Origin: Eledone cirrhosa
Lineage: Eukaryota
Direction: 5' to 3'
NCBI GenBank assembly: GCA_964016885.1
Contig: OZ024742.1
Span: 210,552,001 to 210,616,000 of the forward strand
DNA length: 64,000 nucleotides
Shown: piece after piece, positions 39,560-51,705 of the stretch
Numbering within the stretch: the first letter of the stretch is position 1
How the letters are laid out: each line of letters starts with the position of its first letter
The notes under the pieces: model-generated
What the model saw: only the letters and a program-made list of their open reading frames with translations
Told to the model about the DNA's origin: nothing
Databases searched by the model: none
Translations under genes and position numbers: made by a program

Positions 39560-39780
39560 GTGAAACTGACTGGTCATAGAAGACAAAGTTTTGTAGCAGT
39601 GGAAACTTCTGGTGTTCTTGGTCTCTGGGCCACATCCCTACTCACTATTATCGATGTGGAGTTGGCTACCCACAAGTGTAAGCCCTGCCAGGTGTAATGG
39701 CTGATCCAGTGAATCTTCCTCGCCATCCTCTGGGGCAATGTTTACTCTATCCTGTCTGCCTGGACCTCAAGACAGTGGTT
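39560..39780 (+). mobile_element. CRE-like LINE 3' fragment
   Basis: FVAVETSGVLG and WLIQ..FLAILWGN resemble the CRE C-terminal motifs seen near 48.7 kb. Confidence 0.45.
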
Positions 39781-39974
39781 TATATTAAAAAAAACCTACT
39801 AGAATTATCAGCAAAATAACCCCTAAAATCACATTCTATCATCTTGAAAAGGAAAGATGTGCTGTTGGTAGAAAGTAGTTATGACAGGAAGACCTGGAAA
39901 AAAAAGCTGTCTCATAGAAGAGGCAAGTGACAATATGACAGGCGTACCTGTCCAATCAATGATATGTTACAACA

Positions 39975-41730
39975 TATGTTACAAAGGTAAAGGCGATGCA
40001 CTAGATAGAGGAAACTATAGAGGTATAAAGTTGATGGACCAGGTCATGAAAGTAACAGAAAGAGTTATAGCACAGCTGATTAGGGACCGGGTGAAAATAG
40101 ACGAGATGCAATTTGGGTTTGTACCAGGAAGAGGCACCACTGATGCCCTCTTCCTTGTGAGGCAATTACAGGAAAAGTACCTAGCTAAAAGTAAGCCACT
40201 CTATTTGGCATTTGTCGACCTTGAGAAAGCCTTTGACAGAGTTCCGCGTGCTGTAATCTGGTGGGCTCTTAGAAAACTAGGAGTAGATGAATGGCTTGTG
40301 AAAGCGGTACAAGCCATGTATAGGGGAGCAGTCAGCAAAGTTAGGATTAGCAATGAGTTTAGCGTACAGGTTGGGGTCCACCAGGGCTCTGTTGTTAGCC
40401 CTCTCCTGTTCATCATAGTCCTGCAGGCAATAACAGAGGAGTTTAAGACCGGATGCCCATGGGAACTCCTGTATGCTGATGACCTCGCACTCATAGCTGA
40501 ATCTATGATAGAACTAGAGAATAAATTCCAAACCTGGAAGCAGGGACTAGAAAGAAAGGGTCTCAAAGTCAACATGACAAAGACTAAGGTCCTTGTAAGT
40601 AGACGAGAAAACAGAACCCAGATCCCCTCAGGGAAATGGCCTTGCTCAGTATGTAGGAAAGGTGTAGGTAGGAACTCTATTCTCTGCCCCAAATGCAAAC
40701 AATGGGTACACAAGAGATGTAGCGGGATCTCAGGAAGCTTAATTAAGAATGTAGGATTCACATGCAGCAGCTGTGCTGAGACAGCAAACAGCCACAGGAA
40801 ACAAGTACCACCAATCTCTGGGAGGGCTCTGTAGAAACAGTAGACAGCTTCTGCTACCTAGGTGACCGAATTAGCAACGGAGGTGGGTGTTCAGAAAGTG
40901 CAATAACTAGGGTAAGAACGGGATGGAAGAAGTTTAGGGAACTACTACCACTGCTAGCTGCAAAAGGCTTCTCCCTCAGAATGAAAGGCAGACTGTATGA
41001 TGCGTGTATCCGAACAGCGATGTTGCATGGTAGCGAGACCTGGGCGCTGAAGGTGGAAGACTTACGTAGATTAGAGAGAAACGAAGCGTGCATGCTCCGA
41101 TGGATGTGTAACAATAATATACGTGAACGACAAAGCATAAATGAGTTGAGAGAGAGACTGAGCATAAGAGGAATCAAATGCTGTGTGCAGGAGAGGCGGT
41201 TGCGCTGGTATGGACAGGTGATGCATATGAAGGATGACAGCTGCATAAAAAGGTGCAGAGCACTAGAAGTTGATGGAAACCACGGAGTGGGGAGACCAAA
41301 GATGACCTGGGATGAGGTGATAAAAGCCGATCTTACCCAATTACACCTCTCAAAGACAGTGACACACGACCGTGACTTCTGGCGTCACGCAGTAATACAG
41401 AGTACCCGACCTCCCATGGGTACAAGCTGAAGCATATAGACGATATGCCCCCACACCCCCCCACCGCAAGGTGGTCGTGGAGGTGCCACGGCAAAAAAGC
41501 ACCCAGCCCACACTGTAAAGTGGACGTGTAGGCGCCACGAAAAAGCACCCAGCACTCACTGTAAATGAGGTTGGTGTTAGGAAGGGCATCCAGCTGTAGA
41601 AATCAAGCCAAATCAGTTCCTGTATGAGCAAGGCATGGTCAGCCGACCAGACATTGCCCACAACAAGACAACCCGTCTAACCCATGCTAGCGTGGAAGAA
41701 CGGACGTAAAACGGTGATGATGATGATGAT
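39975..41730 (+). mobile_element. Young 5'-truncated RTE-clade LINE: RT, cysteine-rich insert, C-terminus and long 3'UTR
   Basis: NYRGIKL, QFGF.PGRGTTDA, FVDLEKAFD, GVHQGS, LYADD. One frameshift near 40830, then ORF 40981-41430 and a (TGA)n tail. Confidence 0.93.
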
Positions 41731-42423
41731 TGAACATGATGACCAGGCATACTATTCTCTCACGAATTGGGAAATAATGAGCTAGTAGTAGTGATGTATT
41801 GATTATGTAGAAATGATATAAGGGATAATTATATATGCACAGTACATCCAGGCTTAGTGAGTGACAATTTACTAATTAAAATATCAAAACATTTATTATA
41901 TGAAAATAATTTCAAATAATGTTTTTGTTTAATATCAGAATATAGTGCTGGTGGTTTACACGGTAAAATCATCCAATACACGCTGTAAACTGGTTGATGT
42001 TAGGAAGGGCATTCAGCCATAAAATGCTTGCAAACATAGGCTTGGGAGGACCCTTCAACTGTGCACTCAATAGATCATATGACTATGTAAGCGAGATATA
42101 GATCCTTTAGGTTGTCTGCAGTCGGTAATCCTGTTTCAGTACTTACTTAGTCTATGCAGACCCTTCCAACCATTACTAACAGGGAAAGCAGCCATTAAAA
42201 CGATGATGTTGATGTTTCAGAAACTAAATTCATGTGGATATTTAAAAAAAAAAAAATCTTTGTTTATTTGGATCATTAAAACTCATATTTGTTTATTTTT
42301 TCTCTTCATTTCTTTACACCCTCCCCCACACCCAGAAATTCCCAGAGACATGGGTGGTGGCTACTTTTAGGTTTTTGACAAAACACCCTTTCTTATACTT
42401 ATGTACAAATAGCGATAGATTAA

Positions 42424-42779
42424 CCCTTTCATTACCAGATTTCTAATGAAAACACTGTCTATAACTTCCAAATAATTGAGAATTTGGAGGGATTTAGTAA
42501 CATAACTAAATTTCTTTGTATTAAGTCGATGTTTGGAACACAGCTTGTCAAAGGTTCTTGCATAACATTATGTTGGAGTGCGGTTAGAACGTCTAAGGGA
42601 AAAATTGTTGTACATATTTTATGGGTAAAGCAAAGCGGCAGGAGCTCCAGAAGTATACCCTGAGCAAGATGGTTTGATAACATCCTTGGAAGAAGAAGAA
42701 AGTTTTTGATAAGAATAAACACCTTAAAATAAACAGTTTTGTATATATGGTGGTTTCAGGCAGTTTGGTATCCAAGGGA
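42424..42779. mobile_element. Second family of TTAA-flanked MITE
   Basis: TTAA at 42420-42423 and 42780-42783, with degenerate TIRs CCCTTTCATTACCA / TGGTATCCAAGGGA. Confidence 0.55.
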
Positions 42780-45049
42780 TTAAATAGGAATATAAGTGAA
42801 TATCTCCACCATCACCTTTTATTGGATTGGTGATTTTTATACATTAGGCAAATTTTGGTTTGGGTAGGATGCTGGGATTACACTAAGACGGCATGTGTTA
42901 TTGGAAGGCAATTTGGCAGCTATTTCTAGCAGGTTGAACAATCATGTAAGGCCTTCTTCATTGGCTCTAACTTTACTCTCTGTTTAGTGAAAGTGATCAG
43001 GCAGGTGGGCTAACCACTGTATAACAAGAACAATGTAAAGTGGAATCTTTGGCAGATGCACTATGCATCTGACTTGCTGTAAATTTGCTGTGGAAATCTA
43101 ATATAACCACAAAAAAAAGTTAGATTATTCAAAGCTACAATGAATTCAATCTTACTGTGCTCCTGTGAATCATGATCGGTGACAAGCCCTATCACCAAAG
43201 CTTTAAATGGTTGCCACATCTGAATGGTAAGAAGGATAAAAAACATCAAACCTCTTGACCATGTTACACCCAAAACTCTTTACTGCAAATTACTGCCCAT
43301 TAGCCATATCATCTATATGAATCATCTCTAACTTGCTGTCATGAGAGGTTACAAACCTGCTACAAAACTTTTACTCTGGGAGCCCACTAATGTGAAACAC
43401 AAATGCAGAAGACCTCTCAAGACATTAAAGAGAGTCATTGAGGAAGAACTGATGCATGATCCTGTGAGATGGAAAGGTTTTATCATGTCACCACAAAGAA
43501 AAGGCTGAATTTAGTAGTAGTAGTAGTAATACTTTCATTGTCTCATAAGCAGTGAAGAGTATAATCATAATCATTTAATGTCTGTTTTCCATTCTAGCAA
43601 AGGTTGGGTGGTTCAAAATTGAACAAGTTGGTATTTAAGTGGAGTCACAGATTTGTCAGATGGGCTAGGACCTATCTTGCTTACAGAGTAAGAAATGCAT
43701 TGTCATCATGGCACCAGCACAATGGAGGATCTCATATCTTTGACATAACTACACAGTTTCATTTTCTTGTTATTTTATAAGTATAAGCTGTTCATTGAAA
43801 GAAAGCATAATATAACATTGTTGGAACATTCCAATTGTTAAACACATATGCAAGTTGTGTGCTTTTGACCAGAAAAAAATTGATATTTACTGAGGTATAA
43901 CAGAAAACCAAACAATAGCATTATTGTTACATGTTTTAAGGGTATATATACCTCAGATATAGGAACTTTGCTCTTTATTTGAATCTATATTAGTATATTT
44001 TTAAAAAACATTTTGTATTTCAAAATTTGACGTAAATGCATTCGTGAGTTTTATATCGAATAATAATAATAATAATATAATATAATATTATTATTATTTG
44101 ATTCATTTGCAAACAAATGGCCTCATAACACAATGTGTTTTAGATGACTATTGTCATCCTTTTGTTCTAGCAGTGGCATAGAGAAACAATTAACAAACAT
44201 TCAGAAAAATAAACAAAATAAAACTTCATCAGGAGTGAGAATGTATGCCACTTAATTAAAACATTTTTTTCAACACAGGCACTTCAATTACTTATTTTAT
44301 AGAGACTTTTGAGATTTTTATTTCAATATGTGAATATTCCAATGTTTTTTCTATGTGCACTTAATGAACTTCCGTTTTCTTTTTGTATTTCAAATATAAT
44401 TTTGATATTTCAAACAGCTGTTATGTGTAGTGCTTAGCTTTTTCATTTCTTGAAATAAAATAAAAATAATAAGAATAACATTTAAGGTCAAGAATGTTTC
44501 TTCTAAATAGCCAAGTCAGTCTATTGCATGTTATTTTTTGCTGAGATTTAATGAAACAGTCCTTCCATTGACTACAGCAGTGAGCTTTGCTTACTAATAT
44601 ATAAGTGGATGAGCTAATGAAGAAACCTCTACATGTTTGCTTGACTTGCTAGAAATAGTAAGAAAGTCAGGTCAGTGGCCATGACTTGCTCATACATTCT
44701 GTTTTTGGCTTGGTTTCTATGGCTGAGTGCCATTCTTTGTGCCAACCATTTTACAGCATGTAGGAAAGTCTGCACCAATGTCCCTCATACATCTCCCCAA
44801 CTTAACCCCCACTTTCATTACCTAATTAGTCTACTTTAGACCTCCTTCAGTCACTTCCTCCTTCCCATCCTGCCTGGCAACAACTCCCACCATCATGGAA
44901 TGACAGCCCTCCCTCACCTGTGTCCAATTCCTTCCAGCATGGAAAGGCAGCTACCACTCAACCAACCCACTTTCACACCCCTGATACACCTTTTCCATCC
45001 AACTCATGCATGTATGGAGAGCCAGACATATTCCATACCTGCTATCCCA

Positions 45050-45370
45050 CAGTGCTGGTACCATGACAAAAAAGCAACCTGTAAAGTGGTAGTGTTGGTG
45101 CCATAACAAAAAGCACACAGTACGCTTTGTAAGGTGGTCATGCTGATACCCAGACAAAAAGAGCACCCAGGCCACCCTGTAAAGTGACAGTGGTGGGGGT
45201 ACCACAAGAAAAGCTCCTATTACATTCTGAAAAGTGGTTGGCATTAGGAAGGGAAACAAGCTGCACCATGCCAAAAATGGAACGTTTGAGCTAAATATGG
45301 TCGCCTGACCACATGACATCCCATTTAACCCATGTAAGCATGGAAAATAGGTGTTAAACAGTGATGATTA
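45050..45370 (+). mobile_element. RTE-3'UTR-derived element with about 4 tandem units
   Basis: Repeated AAAAAGCAC...CTGTAAAGTG, then GGCATTAGGAAGGG and a GATGAT tail. Confidence 0.65.
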
Positions 45371-45830
45371 TATATATATATTTGCTGGCTGTAGTTTTAC
45401 CCAGTTATTCACTTTACTGTACAAACCTAGAAGAATCTACACAAGTGTTTATTATAGTTATTTTTAATTAGAATCTTGAATAAAACATACAAAACATTAG
45501 TCATATCAATACTGATGTCACATTCCCATTTACATCCCATCCCTTATACCAATAAATTTTCCACAGATTATGGAGTTACTATTCTTTCAATGTTATACTT
45601 ACAAAAACAAAGTCAGTTGATATCAGAAACAAACTTTACAAGTATCTCAGCAAACATTAAAATTAATTCTTATATTTCAGAAAATACTTGAAAATTATCA
45701 AATCTCAAAATAAAATCGAATTTTTTAAATTAGATTTTGAAAAAAATAAACAATCATGTTATATATTCAGTTGACCTAGTTTACAGTAAATTAATTCTGT
45801 TGCTTGGGTTGTTGCTTTATATCTAATGTT

Positions 45831-46051
45831 GTGAGGATAAATGTAAATATTCTGGTTTATCTAGCTTATTAAATAAGTACCATAAGGTGCTGTTTGCCAT
45901 TAGATATGAACATTGCACAATTGGTAAATATTTCATTAACATGCAAAACTAAGCTGAAATACTCTCTTAAGCAATTTTTTCAATAAACTGATGTTCTGGC
46001 CAGGGCAGAAATGTTTCACAGATGCTTAAAACTTGTTAGACATAAGTTCCA
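45831..46051 (-). repeat. Inverted duplicate of the MRPS24 3' flank (36511-36595 plus 36841-36969)
   Basis: The reverse complement aligns closely with the original and lacks the MITE. Confidence 0.92.
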
Positions 46052-48990
46052 AACAACTGTCTTTTCTGCGTCAACTTTCCCTGCCATGCCCGTGATCATT
46101 TCTTCTCAGCCAGTTAGATCTCCCCGTGGGCAACATCTTCCAATGACTTACAGCCAAGATAGCTTGCCAGTCAATCAAAGATGACTTGGGTGAGGTGCTA
46201 AGCCCTGTCCAGCTCGGAGTGGGAATCAAGTGCAGATGTGAGGCTGCGGCTCATGCGGCCAGACATTTTATAGAGCACGTGCTTCTTTCGTCACCCCACC
46301 TCTTTGTGAAGTTGGACATTCAAAAAGCCTTCAACAGCGTTAGGTGGGATCACAACCTAGAGATGTGTCTCAGACGAGCCCCCTCTATTTACCCTCTGGC
46401 TCACCTCTTGTACAGAAGACCCAACTCACTCATGGCTGCTGATAACAGGGTTACTTCTGCTATGGGTGTTCAGCAAGGAGAACCACTCGGCCTGCTCCTC
46501 TTTGTGCCGGCAGTTGACAACGTTGCCCGCTCTGTCGGGTTTCCCTTCAATGTTTGGTACCTGGATGATGTGACCCTGGTGGCTCAGCTGAGACAGTAGT
46601 TGAAGACCTTTGATTGATCATCCCAGCTCTAAAGCTCCCCAAACTCAAGATCAATTCATCCAAGTCCGAGGTGATAAACATTAGCTACAGAGAGGCTGAA
46701 TTCTACGATGCCATACCATCTTGGCTAATACCCCAAAATGCTGCCTGCATTCTCAGCTCTCAAATTCTCTCAAAAGCTATAAGAGACTGACTGGAGACCA
46801 AGCATCATTGACGCTCACCTGACACTGTTCTTCTTGAGGAACTGCTTCGCCCTCCCCAAATTCTAGGTCATGCAACGCGGTGCACCATGTCATCCCCATG
46901 CAGATCATCTCGACGAACTCAATGCCACTATCCAACGCTGTGCAAAACTCATCTGTAATGTCAATTTTGACTGTGTTGGCTGGCAACCAACAAAGCTCCC
47001 AGTGAGATTCAGTGGCCTTGGCCTCCAATCCACTTCAAATCTGGCACTATTGGCCTACCTTTCCTCAATCTCTTTCAATCGCACTCTCTTCAACGAGGTC
47101 CCCAGCCAAACCTGACATGGTCCCAAAGCCTGAACAGGCTCTGGCCGACTAAACAGGCAAAGGCCTCTCTGTCCCTCCGTACACTATAGATGTTGCTTGC
47201 AGTCTGACCTGGATACAATGCAACAATGGATCTCAGACTGGCAACTCAAGCTAGCTGTGGACAAGTGCACCACCATGCATTTTGGGAGTAAAAACTCAGC
47301 GTCCACATACTCCCTCCACAACACTAATATCAAGAAGTCTTCTTGTGAACGTGACCTGGGTATTACGGTCAGCAGCAATTTGCGTTGGACGAAGCACGTC
47401 TCTAAAATTGTCAAGAGGGTTGAGGGTATCTTAGCATCACTCAGCAAGACCTTTGTCAGCCGCTCTCCAGCTATCTATTTAAGGCTGTACATGGCTATGG
47501 TGCGGCCACACTTAGAATTTGCATCACCAGTCTAGAACCCCTATCTTGCTCAGAACATTGACCGCCTGGAAACTGTTCAGAGATGTGTAACCAAGCGAAT
47601 ACCCTCCATCAGGCATCTACCATACTCTGAACGCCTTGCTTCCCTGGGCATGGATACATTGAAGCTCCGAGGTCTGGCAACTGACCTGGTAAACACCCAC
47701 AACATTATTAACAACAACCCTGAGCACCTTTTTGATTTCCATGTGTCTAACACACGTGGACATGTCCACAAAGTCAGAAAACAGCACAGTTCCCATGACT
47801 TTCGAAACATTTTTTCACGCTCAGAGTTGCTGAAGCATGGAACAAACTACCTGCATCAGTTGTTAGCTGTCGAGACACTGCATCCTTTAAAACCTCCATG
47901 CTTCCTGAAATTCGCCAACACTACACCTAATATTCCCCCTCCATACACATACACACATGTATATTATGACTCATACACTATTCACTTCCCTGACATTTGT
48001 ATATTATTCTATGTACTATACATACACCTTTGACAAGTTGTAGTGCACCTGAGCACTTTACACAATAATTTCATTATTATTATTATAAATGTCCAATATA
48101 ACTGGGACAGCATCAAATGCAGGTTTTCCTTCAGGCAGATCGTATTTGGCTTGGACGAACACCGGCTCCCCTGCCTCCTATCCGCTACACAGCCAAACAG
48201 CGGTGTGTGGCTCAATTCGGTGCTCTCCTCATCAACTGGTACCTTCTTGATGACGAATATACTTGCATCAGAGTGGTCCAACGCCTTGGCCTCTGTGTAT
48301 GTGAGCCACACAAATGCCGTTATGGGGATGTTATTGACAAGTTTGGCCTGCACCCACGGCCTTGTTGCCAGAGTGCAGGCTGGTTTCCCTGATATGCTGC
48401 TCTCAACGACATATTGAGAAGGAGCTTTGATGCAGCTGGCTTCCCATCACAACTGGAGCCAGCAGGTCGACCGTGGAGACGGCAAGTGCCTTGACAGATT
48501 TACCCTCTTCTCATTCGAAGGAAGTAGATTCTTCATCTGGGACACCACGTGTTGTGACACGTTATCTGCCTCCAACTTAGTCGCTTCGACCACAAACCCG
48601 AGTACTGTGCCCCAAAATTCAGGGACAGGAAGACAAACAAATACCAGGGATTGTCTGACCACTTCCTCTTCACACTACTTGCCATTGAGACCTCAGGCAT
48701 CCTTGGACCCCATACAACCAAGCTCTTCCACAAAAACAGAACATCAGCAGACCGTCTGAGGAAGGAGCCCTACAAGGTGGGGTGGCTGTTGTAGCAGGTG
48801 TTGCTGGCCATTGTTCATGTAAATGCCTTTGCAGTCTTGTTTGTGAGGCACAGCCACAACACCACTGTGCCTTAGGCTCAGAACCCATCACTCTCTCTCC
48901 TCTTCCTCCTCCTTTTCTTCTGTGGCCCTAGAGTCCTTGCTTTTCCGCTCCTTTTCCTCTCATTTATGACTTTTATAGTCCTTTCTTCTA
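46052..48990 (+). mobile_element. Degraded CRE-clade LINE, interrupted by a CR1-like element
   Basis: QLGVGI...EAAAHAAR, KLDIQKAFNSV, GVQQGEPLG, WYLDD, and later DRGDGK...FIWDTTCCDTL. Confidence 0.85.
47184..48086 (+). mobile_element. 5'-truncated CR1/L2-like LINE nested in the CRE element
   Basis: ERDLGITV, LYMAMVRPHLEFASPV, LETVQR, TRGH. (ATT)n tail at 48073-48086. Confidence 0.85.
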
Positions 48991-49210
48991 CTTTCCCATA
49001 CATCCAGATCTGCCCTTCTTTACCCCTTCCCCTTTTTCTCATTACTTAATTTTGCTTTTATCTTTCTTTTTCATATTTATGTCATCATCAATGGTTTTTA
49101 AGCCAACTTTGTGAATATTTGTAATGTCATTTATACTGCTGGGAGTAATAAAACTACAATCTTGGTTTAAATTTGGAAAAACAATTAAATAAAAAGACAA
49201 ACACATACAT

Positions 49211-49860
49211 ATCATCATCATCATCATTTTACGTCCGCTTTTCCCTGCTTGCAAGGGTTGGACGGGTCCTATTCAGCACAGCATCTCTCCACTTGTCACG
49301 GTTGTTCGTCACCTCCTCGGTGAGTTTCAACGATCACATGTCCATACCATCTCAGCCTTTCTCCCACACACTACAACTTATCCCTCTTAAACACAGTTTC
49401 TTTCTCAACTCGTCAATGCGTGGTTGTTCACGCACATTGACATTGCACATCCAACGGAGCATACTTGCTTCATTTCTCTCCAGCCGTCGCATATCCTCTG
49501 CAGTTGCTGCCCATGTCTCACTACCATGCAGCATCGCACATCTCACACAGACATCATATAACCGTCCTTTCGTACGCAAGGAGAAACCCTTCTTTGTCAA
49601 CAGAGGAAGCAGCTCCCTAAACGTCTTCCAACCCGTCCTTATTCTAGATACTATGGCCTCGGAACACCCCCCTCCCATGCTAATCTGATCACCTAGGTAC
49701 CGGAAGCTATCAACCACTTCTATAGAACCCACCTGCATTGGAAAAGTGTGTCTATCAGTGCGATTACTACTGCCAACTTTCCCAGTACATCTACTGCATA
49801 CGTAGTGCTCCCTACCTGTTAGTTTGCCTGCTATCCCACTACATCTCTTGTGTACCCAGG
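49211..49860 (-). mobile_element. 5'-truncated RTE LINE
   Basis: EVVDSFRYLG...LHGSETWA. (CAT)n tail on the left. Confidence 0.88.
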
Positions 49861-49892
49861 ATCATTGGGTAATTTTATGATACATTGCGTAA

Positions 49893-50372
49893 TTTTATCT
49901 TTAACTGTCTGTATTTCAAGTTTGATGGGTATTTCAAGATGTAACTAAGCATTTCTTCAGTGTAGCCTTGCAAAAAATATATTTTCTGTGGTAAGAGTTT
50001 TTGAGAAATTAATGCTGAAATGACAATTAAATTATAGCGCCTCTTTATTATGACTTCTGACATAAGCAACTGAGGCCATGTACCATGCATAAATCGCCGA
50101 ATTAACATATCATCTGTTGTGGTTTCAGACACCCTTCTCTCTTCATGGAGAGTGGCTAAAAGAGAAGAAACAGCAAAAATGTTGAGTTCAATATTAGAAT
50201 TTTGTAAAATAAACTTTAAAATGATTAGTAGCTAAAGAAACTGAGATAAATACACATTTAAGACAATACATTAAAAATTGAGTTCTGTTCCTTAGAAAAT
50301 ATAGGAGTGCTGGATAATTTGATATTCTTTAGAAAATGTGGGAATCCCTGGCCTCTTTTTAACCTGATTTTC
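49893..50372 (-). pseudogene. MRPS24: Inverted non-processed partial duplicate of MRPS24 (end of intron 2 plus exon 3)
   Basis: The exon part 49893-50155 differs from 36171-36432 by about 8 substitutions and a 1-bp deletion (manual count). The acceptor is retained and the stop region is lost. Intronic homology extends to about 35840. Confidence 0.93.
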
Positions 50373-50954
50373 CTTCCTCGTGAAGAGTGGCTATATTTCG
50401 AATGTTAAATGTAATTCTGGTGGCGGAAATTGTACAGTTGAGCTTTCATCAAGTCAACACATACTGGAAACTTCCAACCAGCTACAACTGCTCAGCTGTG
50501 TCAATAATGCTTTAGAATTTTAATATCATGCTCTTGCACTCAATCCGTTAGGTTTGCATTTTTCTCCCATGCAAGATAAACAAGAAGCAATTATCTTTGT
50601 TTAGGTTAGCCAGGGAAAACAATCCCAAATTATGCTATTTTCACGATCTTTTTCTGTAATCTTCACTTTTCTCAAGATAGAAATATTTCAATCTAAAGCA
50701 GTTTGGTGGTTTATATTGCACAGATGGCATGAAGCCATGTTTATTGCAATTATTGTTTCGACACCTCTGATTTTTCACTATTGGAGTAGATAGGTTTTGT
50801 TTAAATACATACACACATATATATCATCATCATCTCCATGTAGCATCAATTTTTCCATGCTTGCATGGGTATATAAGCATATATCTATATATACTCACAC
50901 ACACACACATTATACATTATACATATATATAATGTATAATTGTTTCTACGTTTG

Positions 50955-51128
50955 GCACAAGGCCTGCAATTACCCAGTGCATTACTGGTACTTTATTTTA
51001 TCGACCCCGTAAGGATGAAAGGCAAAGTTAACCTCGGCGGGATTTGAACTCAGAATGGCAAAGGCCGTAACTCTATGCGTCAAAGCATGGCGTCCGACCC
51101 TCTACCGATACTGCCAATCCACCGCCTA
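50955..51128 (-). mobile_element. Meta-type tRNA SINE, well preserved
   Basis: GGCGGTGGATTGGCAGTATCGGTAGAG...GAGTTCAAATCCCGCCGAGGTTAACTTTGCC on the minus strand. Confidence 0.85.
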
Positions 51129-51342
51129 TATATATAATGTATAATGTGTGTGTGTGAGTATAAACATATATATATGGTTGTGATGTTGTTGTGATTATTG
51201 TAGTTGTGGTTGTTATGGTTGTGGTTGTTGTTGTGATTGTTGTTGTTGTGGTTGTTGTTATCAGTACATAACTCAATGTTAATCTAATATATATTATCAT
51301 TGTAATGTATTGTTTCTTTTGCTGTTTTCCGTTTATTTTTCG

Positions 51343-51382
<40 letters not shown>

Positions 51383-51629
51383 CACACATACATATACTCA
51401 CACCTATACACACACACACACTTATATTAAAATACATATATGTACTTCTGATCCTGACATTAAATTTTAGTAGAGCTGCTTCTTTTTAGACCAAACACAC
51501 TGTTATTTCTAGCATTCCCGTTGGCCTGCCTGTATCCTCATATTATTGGTACGTTCCTCACCATGTGTGTTCAGACCCTCTTTTGAATCTGGTGACTGGT
51601 CATATATAATGTGTTTAGTAAGATGAAAA

Positions 51630-51705
51630 TTCTACTGATGAGTGTTTCATCTTATGGTGTCTTCTACTTACTTTTCTCTTGCACTCATGAAACAGCTGTA
51701 TAGAA
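51630..51705 (+). ncRNA. Candidate minimal type-I hammerhead ribozyme in a Penelope-like terminal repeat
   Basis: TTCTA-CTGATGA-GTG...CAT-GAAA-CAGCTG-TA-TAGAA: stem I of 5 bp, complete core, palindromic loop III, GUA cleavage triplet. Confidence 0.55.

Noticed and set aside
39881-39975. N-terminus of the 317-aa RT ORF as a domesticated fusion gene
   Set aside because: An upstream ATG is fortuitously in frame with a 5'-truncated LINE, and the ORF is frameshifted downstream.
49875-50132. 85-aa ORF as a functional second MRPS24 gene
   Set aside because: Exons 1-2 are not duplicated, there is a 1-bp frameshift, and the C-terminus is lost at the TE junction.
50380-50780. Possible transposase fragment at the outer duplication breakpoint
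   Set aside because: No recognisable catalytic motif or TIR; it would need a translated database search.
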